The translations under genes were made by a program, and so were the position numbers. Shown one piece after another: positions 36,601-49,507 of a DNA stretch of 63,711 bases. The DNA lies in contig NC_068984.1 in the NCBI RefSeq assembly GCF_001194135.2, positions 35,009,392-35,073,102 on the forward strand. Reading direction: 5' to 3'. The notes under the pieces were generated by a model, which saw nothing but the letters and a program-made list of their open reading frames with translations, did not search any database and was not told where the DNA came from. The DNA is from Octopus bimaculoides (taxonomy: Eukaryota). The stretch's first letter is position 1. Each line of letters opens with the position of its first letter.

Positions 36601-37771
36601 TTAGTAGGAGTACAGGAAACAGTAGAATAAATATTATGGAACAGCGATATATGACGGAAATACAAAGTAGATGTGTAAGAAACAACCTAAATGGAACTAG
36701 CGATGTGATGCTCTTATTTAGGCCTCAACTTAGACTTCATGAAGCTGACCTATGATGAAATTTAATATAATTTCAACCATCCTTGCCTTTTGCTTCTGGC
36801 TTAATGCATCTAATGTGTCCTTATTTAAAAGTCAGATTGTGCAATTGAGAGAGATTTCCTTGTTAATTCTTACAATTGAGCTATCACATACACGCTTTCA
36901 ACGACGGCTTGAGGCTCAGGTGTTTATTATTGGCGGTACTGTAAATTTAAAAGTTTGAGAATATATTAAATTTGCTGATTATGTAAATAAAATATTTGCA
37001 ATACATTTGGAAGTTAATTGCTTGCAGGATAAGTTTTTAAAACCCATTTACATAATTAAATGACACATCTCGAAAATATATACACAAAACAGCAATTCTT
37101 TTACTGCTATTTAAACCACATGAAACTGCCAATACATTTACATTTCAGCTCTCTTTCTTTCATTCTTTCGCTCTTTCCTAATCTCTAGCTTTTCCTTATC
37201 TTCTTCTTTTCTTTCTATTCGCAGCTATATGAGCATGCTCGTATGTGTGTATTTTAAAACTTGCCTGGTGGTGTTTACCAGCAAGCAAACCTTCATTAAT
37301 TCGCGAGCAACGCATATTCTGTAATATACGTTACCATGAGTTTAAAGACAACAAAAATCTATATGAAATATTTACAGAGAAAGAAATACCGGAATATGTC
37401 AGACAGAGTGGTTACACGCATATGCTAGCAAATGGAAGCTGCCATGTATTTATACTGCCACATGTACATAGAAACTCAGACGCACAAGCGCAATGACTGG
37501 TATACATACACATTGTTGAAAAATAATATTGTATCCTGACTATGCACATTGATACATACATATATAGATATATACTTGCATTTCATTTTGAAAACTTCGT
37601 TTCCACGACGTACACATGAAAACACAGTAACACGCACGTATATACTTACATACATACGAGTATATGTATGTGCTATAAATATATGCCTGTGTACGATTTG
37701 GCATATGAGGTAGCAGATCAATAGAGAAATCAACGTAGACGTAACAGTATTGATTTTAACACATACACTCA

Positions 37772-37805
<34 letters not shown>

Positions 37806-37972
37806 TACGTATATAAAGAAATACAGATAAACAGAAAGACTGACATATATATATATATATCGTCAAATACAAATATTTATATATAGAAAAATCCATCTAT
37901 CCATCCATTTATACATACTTACATTTATATACACACACGCACACACACACATACACACGCGCGCACACATAC

Positions 37973-38020
<48 letters not shown>

Positions 38021-38050
38021 CTCACCGCACATAAACATATGTGTAAATTC

Positions 38051-38095
<45 letters not shown>

Positions 38096-38840
38096 ATACA
38101 CACACACACACACAAACGTATATATATATTCGTATATTTTATCAAAAGTTGAGATAAGATTTATTTCCTTTTTAAGAAGATTTACATAATTAATATCAGA
38201 AATCATTGGGCAGGCGTATAAAGTATCAAGATAGTAACAATTGCTAATAGATTAGCGAAGTTAAGGAATATTGAATACCACAAAAATATTGACAGAAACT
38301 TAAATGCATAGAGATCAGAATTTTTTTTCTTCTTTGAAAGAGGGAAAAAGTGATGGTTGTTTGTGTTGTGGTTTTAAGTTGCTTTACCAATAATATTTGG
38401 AATGTTATAAAACCTTTATCGAACATTGGTTTTTCACATCTTGGAAATGTTCAATAGATTTACACAAACACAAGTAGACATATACATACAAAAACACATG
38501 CACTAATTTACATAAACGCACGGATACATACAACTCAGTATGTGAACAGAGAACTATATATACGCATATGTGAAAACATACAAATATGAACACATATATA
38601 CATATATGAGTGCGTATATATAAATGAATGCAAATGTATATGTATATATATTTATNNNNNNNNNNNNNNNNNNNNNNNNNNNNNNNNNNNNNNNNNNNNN
38701 NNNNNNNNNNNNNNNNNNNNNNNNNNNNNNNNNNNNNNNNNNNNNNNNNNNNNNNNNNNNNNNNNNNNNNNNNNNNNNNNNNNNNNNNNNNNNNNNNNNN
38801 NNNNNNNNNNNNNNNNNNNNNNNNNNNNNNNNNNNNNNNN

Positions 38841-38880
<40 letters not shown>

Positions 38881-40736
38881 TATACAATTGTATATATAGA
38901 TACATACACAAGCACATACACACACACACACACACACATATTTGTAGTATTAGCCAAAGGTCAAGATTTATAGGTTATGGTCCTGGTACAGAAAAGAGAA
39001 TCAACTCCATTGAAAATTAATAAATATTTTATTGTCTGCAGTGACATGGAAGGTAAAATCCACTTGGCATGATTTGAACTCTAAACAGTGAGGGAAAAAT
39101 CTAATTACTTACATTCAATAATAGTTTCGGGCTCTGGTGATTCGAACAGAAACATCAAGTTTAATTTTAATAATACTTATTGTAATCTAAATGATATTAG
39201 CGCGTGCGCACTCATATACACACGCACATTTATGCACATATATATTTTCATATATATGCATACCTATATATCTATACGAACATGTATATGCAAACCAAAA
39301 TATATAGAAACATACATACATGCATACATACAGACATGCATGCCTGCATAGATGCATACGTGCATACATACATTGCACAAAATGAATAATAGCAATACAG
39401 TATTAGAAAACATATAAATGTGTGTTTGTGTGTGAATTTGACTGTGTGTGGCTACAAAGCATTCGAAGCCACTATATCCTGCGGAAATTCTTCCCAGTTT
39501 CTGGGCCTTGATTCTCTTGTTAACTAGGTTAAGAATCATTAGTTATAAGTCTTAATTTCAGCTGACCTACGTTGAACAAAGGCAAAAAAACCTAGAAAAA
39601 CATGGGTATAAACATATGGAGCGAGTGCAAAAGTTTCTCGGTGCTTCTTTTACTCCTATAAACTATAAATAAAGCCAAGCTTCATCGAATCAGAGAAACC
39701 TTTTGAAGAAGAAATAACAGATATAAACAATTTTGTAGTCGTGGTTACATTGCAAGTAAAACTATGTTGCCAAGTTCATAGAAAGGATTGATTAGGCTGA
39801 TGATTTGAACTTAAATATAATTACACACACAACACACACACACACACACACATACACACGCACGCACACACACACACACACACACACATACACATATGTG
39901 TTTTGAAATATTGCTTAATATAACATTTAGAATATATAACATTTAGAATGTTCGTGTTGTAGCGTCTTATCTAGATTATTTATTAGATGTGTTCAATTAG
40001 CAGACGTATATCCTGTATATCATCAGCAAATAAAAATAGGGCGGTCATGGCTCGAACCATTATTCACTTCAAGATAGCTCATTTGCAAAATAACAGCAAA
40101 AACATTAAAATATTTTCAGAAGTCAGAAAACTCCTAAAAACATTGTATGTATATAAGACAAAAGCTTGCTAAATACATGTGAATAGATGACTATACAGTT
40201 CGCATATAATATACAACTGAGTACGTTTTTCTAATATGGCATTTTTAAGTGATAGAAACGCTTTCAAAGACCTTGGCGAGCGCTCAGTCTTTAAGTTTCA
40301 TTGTTGTAGATGACTTATTCATATATTGGTGCAATTGACTTTAGGTGTCATTGATTGGAATATCAGAACAGTAGATTGTTAGGATCCTCTGCAGAAAATG
40401 TCTTGCGACATTACTTCCGATTATTTAAAGGCTGTGGTTGAATCCTACTTAGGTTACATTTCGTTTCATCCATCCAGTGAACAATAATCAAAGTCCCACT
40501 GAAGTGGACAAACTATTCTTAAAGAATTGCTGAATTTTACTTAAATTTCAAACAGGTTTTCTGGGCATATTCTAGCACAATATAACATCTATGTACTTCA
40601 GTATCTAACGTTACAATACCTTGCTATCATACTGAGTCAATATGACAAAGATTATGATACAGTCTCCTTTGACTAAAGAAACATCAACTGAGAAAATAAT
40701 TTCTCTATTGTAAATGATATTTTGCATGTAAGACAA

Positions 40737-40791
<55 letters not shown>

Positions 40792-40808
40792 NNNNNNNNN
40801 NNNNNNNN

Positions 40809-40846
<38 letters not shown>

Positions 40847-41474
40847 TTGATGATACAAGGCAAAACAATTTTGTGGAAGATTTTATGTCTTTATTATAAA
40901 TTTATAACGTTTTGCACATTTTTTATAACAATGCCATGGTTGGCTTCTCATAATTGCGGTTATATATCTGCAGCAGTATATTTAAACTCATATAAGAATA
41001 AACAGATTCTTTTATTATATATTCTTAATGTATATAGAAGTATATTTGTACGTATGTATACATTTATGCGCACGTATATATACGCTTTATACACGTGTGT
41101 GTATGCGTGTGTGTGTGTGTGTGTGTGTGTGTATGTCTGTGCGTGATTGTGTACGTGTATATGGTTAAATGCACATACACACACAGACTCCAAGTATATT
41201 GGTACGCATCTAGATATTCTCGTAAATATTTGGATTGCAAACAAAATGAAAACGTAGGACGGTATCGGTTGTTTCCATAAGGGTACGAATTCGTGCGTGT
41301 CAGTTTATAAATAATGCATGTTTACATAAATATAAATGCATACATAAATACATATAAATGAAATATATATGTTATATATGTGTATAAGTGTATATCTATG
41401 TGCGCGCGTGTGTGTGTGTGTGTGTGTATGTGTGTGTATGTGTGTGTTTGGGTGTGCGTGTGCGTGTGTGTGTA

Positions 41475-41505
<31 letters not shown>

Positions 41506-41939
41506 CTATATATACATTCTATGATATATATGGTTACGTATTTGCTTGCGTGTGTGTGTGTAAAGAGATGGACAGTACGGGGGAAAATATAGAGAGCAAT
41601 ACAGGACAAATAGCAATTTGAAACTATTTGGATATCATATATTTAGCTAGTAATGATAATCTGAGATGCGGCGTACATTTTTTAATATGGAAATGGTTTC
41701 ACGTCACAGAACTTGCTAAGTCAATTTTCCCTAGGTAGGTATTTAAAAGAGACAATTACTTCTGTTTTTATTCACGCACACCTGAAAGCAATATAATTAT
41801 ATATTTAAATGCTCATACGCATGAACGTCAGTGTACGTCTCCGTAGTATATAACTGTATGCTTGTCGGTGTGTATGTGCATTAGTTTATTTATACACATA
41901 TATTTACATATATACACACATACATACACACAGACACAC

Positions 41940-41980
<41 letters not shown>

Positions 41981-42443
41981 TATACATAAAGAGAAAGAGA
42001 AAGAGAGAGAGAAAAACAAAGTGTGATGAGGAGAGAGAGAAATATCAAGATCTTGATAGAAGGGAAATATGGTAAAGAGAATAAAATAAAGGATATACCA
42101 AGGCTACTTCAGATAATTTCACAATACAATTTATTGTTTAGATACTTAGTATCTTAGAAAAGGTCCATTTTTGTACGTTTCGGATAGTATCCCTCTTCGA
42201 TATATGGGGCAGATTGTGAAGAGACAATGAAAGATGAGGAGCAGAGGGTAAAAAATAAAAGAGTGAAATATGAATTTCAATCCAAGCTAGATTATCGCGA
42301 GATATTGATGGCATTGCCTGCTCAGAAAAGAATGAAATATTGTCATATAGGTAGATTGGAGGAAAGAAAAATTGAGAGGATTGTAAGAAAGTGGAGAAGG
42401 GAAAGGCTGTCAAATTAGTCTGTAAGAAGAACTCTTTCTTATG

Positions 42444-42494
<51 letters not shown>

Positions 42495-42734
42495 NNNNNN
42501 NNNNNNNNNNNNNNNNNNNNNNNNNNNNNNNNNNNNNNNNNNNNNNNNNNNNNNNNNNNNNNNNNNNNNNNNNNNNNNNNNNNNNNNNNNNNNNNNNNNN
42601 NNNNNNNNNNNNNNNNNNNNNNNNNNNNNNNNNNNNNNNNNNNNNNNNNNNNNNNNNNNNNNNNNNNNNNNNNNNNNNNNNNNNNNNNNNNNNNNNNNNN
42701 NNNNNNNNNNNNNNNNNNNNNNNNNNNNNNTATA

Positions 42735-42801
<67 letters not shown>

Positions 42802-44409
42802 ATATATATGTCTATGTATATATAGGTATATATATGTATGTATATACTTATGTAAATGAATGTATATGTGTATGCGTGTTTTCACATGTGCTTTTACGAT
42901 TTTGCCCCGTCTTCATTTATACTATGAGTATGTGTCTATGTCTGTGTCTGTGTATGCACATGCATGTCTATGTGTCTATGCTTGTACTCTACTGTTTGCA
43001 ATGTAGTTATTAACTCACGTGCAATCCGTATTTGAACAGACGGGTTCTAGCCGTAATCATCACATGCTTTTATATTGTTACAACGTGCAGAGTTTCTGTG
43101 AAACATTGTAGTGTGTTTCGGTGGGTATTTGGCTACTCATTTTATAAGGACTAGTGACAGAAAAGAGAGTATTTTTTCTTGGTTCAATTCTGTTCATTAA
43201 TATGAATAGGATGACCATCTCAAAATACTCCAGTATTCCGATGAACGATGAGATGTAGAACAATACAAGTGTGTGTGCGCAGATTATTTGAGTGTTTCAC
43301 TGTCTCTAGGCGTAGTATTTGGAAATTAATAATTGATTGGTTGAACAGATGTACATTCATAAAACTCTGATGAAAGAATCGCAAAATCGACCTTTACTAT
43401 CATTGATCGCTGTCATGTGAAACACGAAAAGTAAAATGTCATATATCTAGATCTTCTTCATCCTTTGCTTGCTTCGCTCGTCATATGTGTTAGACACTAA
43501 TATCCTCACCTGCTGACCCTAAAGAGATAACAAGGATAGCAGCATGTTACCGGTATATAACACACTATATTTCAAATTCCATTGGTACCGACCAACGCAC
43601 GCACACGCATACAAACGCACACATACACACCACTCAAACATATCCACACACAAACACACACATAAACACACATTAGCTTTCTCACTGACGCGCTCATTTA
43701 TAAATCAGATATAATTGTGATAGAATCGCACCAGATTTAACAGTGTGTGTATAGATATGTTTATATATATAAATATATTTAACTCTTTGTCTCTCTCTGT
43801 CTATCTATCTATTTATTTATCCATCTGTCTGTCTGTCTGTCTGTCTGTCTGTGTATGTATATATATATATATATATATATANNNNNNNNNNNNNNNNNNN
43901 NNNNNNNNNNNNNNNNNNNNNNNNNNNNNNNNNNNNNNNNNNNNNNNNNNNNNNNNNNNNNNNNNNNNNNNNNNNNNNNNNNNNNNNNNNNNNNNNNNNN
44001 NNNNNNNNNNNNNNNNNNNNNNNNNNNNNNNNNNNNNNNNNNNNNNNNNNNNNNNNNNNNNNNNNNNNNNNNNNNNNNNNNNNNNNNNNNNNNNNNNNNN
44101 NNNNNNNNNNNNNNNNNNNNNNNNNNNNNNNNNNNNNNNNNNNNNNNNNNNNNNNNNNNNNNNNNNNNNNNNNNNNNNNNNNNNNNNNNNNNNNNNNNNN
44201 NNNNNNNNNNNNNNNNNNNNNNNNNNNNNNNNNNNNNNNNNNNNNNNNNNNNNNNNNNNNNNNNNNNNNNNNNNNNNNNNNNNNNNNNNNNNNNNNNNNN
44301 NNNNNNNNNNNNNNNNNNNNNNNNNNNNNNNNNNNNNNNNNNNNNNNNNNNNNNNNNNNNNNNNNNNNNNNNNNNNNNNNNNNNNNNNNNNNNNNNNNNN
44401 NNNNNNNNN

Positions 44410-44466
<57 letters not shown>

Positions 44467-45491
44467 ATATAGGAAGTGAAAGGGAGAGAGAGTGAGGGAG
44501 AGACATACACAAACACACACACAGACACAGGTACACACATAATAGAACTTTATTATTTTTCATTTCCTCTCTTGTTTAAGTAGACTTTTGAATGTTCCAC
44601 GCATAGAAATGCGCACTTTGTAACTTCAATTTTTTCTGCTTGATTTTACTTGATAGTAAAAAATTGTTTTCCAATATGTATATTTGCCTATACTGGATTG
44701 GTATTCCGTATATTTATTCTTAAGTAAGAGATATAAACGTTAGCGTTACTTTGTTTCTGGCCTTCACATCCAAGGCCTCATCACAGATTGATTTCGATCA
44801 AAGTTAATGATACTGCTGAAATGACAACGTCTCCTCCACAAATTTGCACCGTGCCATCTTCAAAACGAACTCATATGATAATTTGGCCCCGTGTAAACTA
44901 TTCCGGATTGGATTGTATTAGTGGTTACGTATTTTATCTATGTTCTAATCGATCAGATATTCGAAGTATAAACAATTATATACAACACAACATCAAGGCC
45001 AGTAACCAGAGAGATAAAAGAACGAGTGCCCCGAGTTCAAATCAAACTTTTATCAATGTGCACATTCAAGAGAAGAGCGTGAAGCAAAGATCAATTATCG
45101 ATCTGATCAGCAGTTTGTGTAGATATTAACAGCTAAAATTAATGAAATAGACAATTAATATCTTAATTATGGTGATAAATTATCGATATTCCATGGCTAT
45201 AAAGGTACACAACTGCGACTAGCATTATATCAAGGAGTCTAGAGTAGTTTACATCATGGATTTGGATAAGGAAATGAATAGAGTGATTACAGTAGATACA
45301 CATACAAGAGATACACAGAGTAGATATACTGAGTAGATACACTCATACATGTATACCACCCCACACACACACATTGTTTCAGTCATTCGACCCCAGTACT
45401 TATATTCATTCGATGGAGGACGCAAACATAGTAACGATGAGTGTCAAAGGGTGTTTGTGTGAAAAGAATCCAGACGCAAAGTCACATGCCC

Positions 45492-45532
<41 letters not shown>

Positions 45533-45997
45533 TANNNNNNNNNNNNNNNNNNNNNNNNNNNNNNNNNNNNNNNNNNNNNNNNNNNNNNNNNNNNNNNNNN
45601 NNNNNNNNNNNNNNNNNNNNNNNNNNNNNNNNNNNNNNNNNNNNNNNNNTATATATATATATATATATGAGAGGTTTTGGTAGAGAGAAGGTCCAAAAGC
45701 AGGTAGGGATATGTAAATGCGACGGAAGGGCTGCTGTCAAACTCCTGGTTCAATAATGGTATGAGTGAGGAGTCTAAAGCGGGTCGTGAGTGAGCGTGTA
45801 TATGTTAAATAAAATAAGGCCGAGGTAATGTGATAATTCTAGGACATGTATAAAGACAAAGTTGGTCGTACAGCTGTTTCAGAGAAATAGATAATATCCC
45901 ATCATCAGAAACGAGTTAAGAGAGTTGCAATAGAATGAATTATTAGAGTTCATGTTAGGTGTTAAAGTTGTTATTCCGTTATCTACATTCCTTGGAT

Positions 45998-46322
45998 AAC
46001 TTTGCCTTTCATCCTTTCGGGGTCGATTAAATAAGTACCAGTTACGCAGTGGGGTCGATATAATTAACTTAATATGTGTGTCAGTCTTTGTTTGTCCCCT
46101 CTGTGTGTAGCCCCTTGTGGGCAGTAAAGAAATAAGAAACGTTAGCACGCCAGGCGAAATACTTAGTCAGTCTTTACATTCTAAGTTTAAATTCCACCGA
46201 GGTCAACTTTGCCTTTCATCTTTTCGTGGTCGATAAATTATGTACCAGTTACGTACTGGGATAGATCTAATCGACTGGCCCCTTCTCCAAAATTTCGGGC
46301 CTTGTGCCTAGAGTAGAAAAGT
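45998..46322 (+). mobile_element. SINE family 1, dimeric arrangement with alternative 3' segment
   Basis: ACTTTGCCTTTCATCCTTTCGGGGTCGAT...TTTGTCCCCTCTGTGTGTAGCCCCTTGTGGGCAGTAAAGAAATAAG, then a second unit starting AAACGTTAGCACGCCAGGCGAAAT and ending GGGCCTTGTGCCTAGAGTAGAAAAG. Confidence 0.88.
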
Positions 46323-46439
46323 AAAAATTGTCATACACAGACATTTATATGTGTGTGTGTGTATGAGTGTATGTGCTTGAGTGAGTGAGAACGAGACTGA
46401 TAAAGAGAGAGACAGAGACAGAGAGAGATTGCATTGTGA

Positions 46440-46560
46440 TAGGGTGTCACACGCAGGATCGTGAGATCGTGGTTTCAAAACGTAGACTGGCTAGTGTTTG
46501 TGTTCTTGAGCTAAACACTCCATCTCATGTTGCTCTGCTATCACTTGGACAGCTGGTGCG
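46440..46560 (+). mobile_element. SINE family 3
   Basis: GATCGTGAGATCGTGGTTTCAAAAC...GTGTTCTTGAGCTAAACACTCCATCTCATGTTGCTCTG. Confidence 0.6.
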
Positions 46561-46600
46561 TAGTATACCGCGCACCTGTTCAGGTAACATCGATTTCATT

Positions 46601-46633
<33 letters not shown>

Positions 46634-48591
46634 TGAGAGAGAGAGAGAGAAGGCGAGAGATTGTGTGCAACACAGATTTGTTCACTATGAACAAATCATT
46701 TGTGCAGGTTGTTTGGCGAAAGCTGAACGCTCATACGTCGTCTTCGACTGGCGTGTACTTCATGTGTGCGTATGCGTGCGTGTGCGTATGTGTGTATGCA
46801 TGTATGCGTGTGTATGTGTGTGTGTATGTATGTATCCTTATATGCATATATGTTGTCTGCAATTATTTGATGACCATCTATTTAATCATCATGAAATTAA
46901 TAAATGACTGTCATAAAACCGTAATAGGTTACATCACAAGATGAAGCTGAAAATATCAAAAGACATTTACAAATCCCACAACTGATTTATTTAACATCTG
47001 CATTACATCAAACAATTCATAATAGCCGAACTGGTCATTCGTTAACTTCTCTTGACAAAATGTTGGAATCACCTGTACATACATTCGTAAAGCGGCCTGT
47101 TGATCCCCTCTTAATTTACAAATCCTTTTCTGTTTCAATGACCTTAAAATTATCACATTGCATTAGCCCAAGGATACTACCAACGTCATCGATTATGGGA
47201 AATTAGATTGACTGATAACTGAAGGGTCATTTTATACAATACACTTGATTAACTCAACCCCTACAAGATACGAAGACATGCCTGCTGAAAAAGGTTATAT
47301 ACTAAACTTTATGCTAAATAATTTTACCCCATTATATAAAGTTTAGCCATTGTTGATGGTTGTTTAACTTGCCATAGAACAATAATCGATCAATCGAGCT
47401 ATATAACGAAATGTGTTCTAGCTGTGGAAATCCCTTTCATATTTTGGTGACTCTAAGGTTCTAGGATTACCTTGACTAGTGTTTCCTATAGATTTTTAAG
47501 ATATGATTTTAAGCTATTGCCTTGAAGGTATTCGACTGATATTTCTAGAAAGTCACTTGGATATCTAATATCTTCCATGTAGGAACAAATTAACTCAGGT
47601 AGTGGGACTCGAAACCAATATATATTTTCTAATGCAAAGTGTCATCGATTTAATCATCCTCGGTATTTAACTCGAGCGAACTGCAGACGTTCTTCCCAGT
47701 TAGATGTCTGCCTCTCAGACAGGGATTCATATGTTCAGGTATTTTTACCGTTAATATACTGAATAAATAATCAGAAGGTACTCAACTTGCAACTGGTCAC
47801 CTCTAACAGTAACCGGAACTTTATAACTCTTAGCCTAAACCACCATCATTGGCCAAGACAGTAACAACTTTCATTGGTTTGTTGCGTTGATTAAACTCCT
47901 CCTCTAGGTGGGACTACAGGAGGAATCGATTTTCATTCATTTTAAAAAATTACATGACTGATTCCCATTGTCAGCTAACTCTCGTCATGGATAGAGCAAG
48001 AATCTAATAGATCCGGGTCCATAAATGATAGATCCGTTTTGAATTAATTTTAGTATTTAATCGCATTAGCACAAGGCAGCTCGTTTGTTGAAAGACAACT
48101 GTCATTAGAATCATTGCCACAAATTAATGGTATATTTTCTCAACGCAAGATAATTAGATAAAACAAAAAAAATAAACCTGACAGCTATGCCATAATGAAT
48201 GGAAATATCTAGGTATTTCATATTGTGGTCTATTGGTCCTTCCACTTTACATCCCTAAGAAATCTGATATTAATCTCTGATAAAGGTACAGTTCCTCTTA
48301 TTTGTGTATTTGGACTATTCAAATTGATTAACAACAATATTTAACTAGTACTTACCTAATCGAATTTAGAAGATAAATTCAACGTTGTCAGGCCTAAACG
48401 TAGACGATGACATTATTTTCAAAATAAAGCAACAAAGAAAAGTTGGTATCCTTGTTAGTGGAGACCAATGTTAATCGGCTCTTATTATCATTCCGTCTAG
48501 GTGAAAACGGGGTAACATGATAAATCATTAGAATCTAAAATTTACTTTTGAGTCCTGAGTTTAAGAGAAACTATCGAATATAAACGAGGTC

Positions 48592-48779
48592 CATTGTTTA
48601 CATTATTTACATTTGACGGATATTTGTCCTCATCTTGATTGTTGTTAAAACAACCTTTCGGCTGATATACCCTCCAGCCTTCATTAGCCTGATGAAGGCT
48701 GGAGGGTATATCAGCCGAAACGTTGTTAACAACATACAAAACGGGGAGATATCGTCAAATGTGAATAATGTAAACAATG
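48592..48779. mobile_element. Penelope-like relic as an imperfect palindrome centred at 48688
   Basis: CATTGTTTACATTATTTACATTTGACG pairs with CGTCAAATGTGAATAATGTAAACAATG. The inner GGCTGATATACCCTCCAGCCTTCAT (48660-48684) is perfectly inverted at 48692-48716. Confidence 0.75.
48684..48729 (+). ncRNA. Minimal type-I hammerhead ribozyme motif (Penelope type, palindromic ACGU stem III)
   Basis: TTAGC-CTGATGA-A-GGCTG gagggtatat CAGCC-GAA-ACGT-T-GTTAA. Stem I is UUAGC/GUUAA (one G-U), the CUGAUGA and GAAA cores are intact, stem II is 5 bp, and predicted cleavage is after 48724. Confidence 0.65.
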
Positions 48780-48935
48780 CACATAATTGCTCATCTCTTA
48801 AATATAGAACTGTATTATAAAACGAGATGTGACCGAATTAAGAACTATTAGCTTAACAGAAATAGTCTACGTTTTTAACGTGTATGGTGACAAACTGCAC
48901 ATAAATGCTATAACACATTCACGCACATGTATACC

Positions 48936-49090
48936 AGGCGGAGGAGTGACTGTGTGGTAAATATCTTGCTTACTAACCACTTCGTTCCGGGTTCAGTCCC
49001 ACTGCGTGGCAAGTGTCTTCTACTATGGACTCGGGTCGACCGAAGCCTTGTGAGTGGATTTGGTAGACGGAAACTGAAAGAAGCCCGTCT

Positions 49091-49092
<2 letters not shown>
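48936..49092 (+). mobile_element. tRNA-related SINE, family 2
   Basis: A-box-like TGACTGTGTGG, B-box GGGTTCAGTCCC, body GCCTTGTGAGTGGATTTGGTAGACGGAAACTGAAAGAAGCCCGT; ends in (TA)/(TG)n. Confidence 0.88.
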
Positions 49093-49152
<60 letters not shown>

Positions 49153-49463
49153 NNNNNNNNNNNNNNNNNNNNNNNNNNNNNNNNNNNNNNNNNNNNNNNN
49201 NNNNNNNNNNNNNNNNNNNNNNNNNNNNNNNNNNNNNNNNNNNNNNNNNNNNNNNNNNNNNNNNNNNNNNNNNNNNNNNNNNNNNNNNNNNNNNNNNNNN
49301 NNNNNNNNNNNNNNNNNNNNNNNNNNNNNNNNNNNNNNNNNNNNNNNNNNNNNNNNNNNNNNNNNNNNNNNNNNNNNNNNNNNNNNNNNNNNNNNNNNNN
49401 NNNNNNNNNNNNNNNNNNNNNNNNNNNNNNNNNNNNNNNNNNNNNNNNNNNNNNNNNNNNNNN

Positions 49464-49507
<44 letters not shown>

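Noticed and set aside
36498-36958. Two ORFs overlapping at ATGA like a bacterial operon
   Set aside because: The context is eukaryotic, there is no Shine-Dalgarno motif or recognisable product, and such overlaps arise by chance.
48936-49000. Possible genuine tRNA gene (also 9815-9930 and 58228-58290)
   Set aside because: A/B-box-like motifs are present but there is no complete cloverleaf, and the sequences continue into multi-copy SINE bodies.
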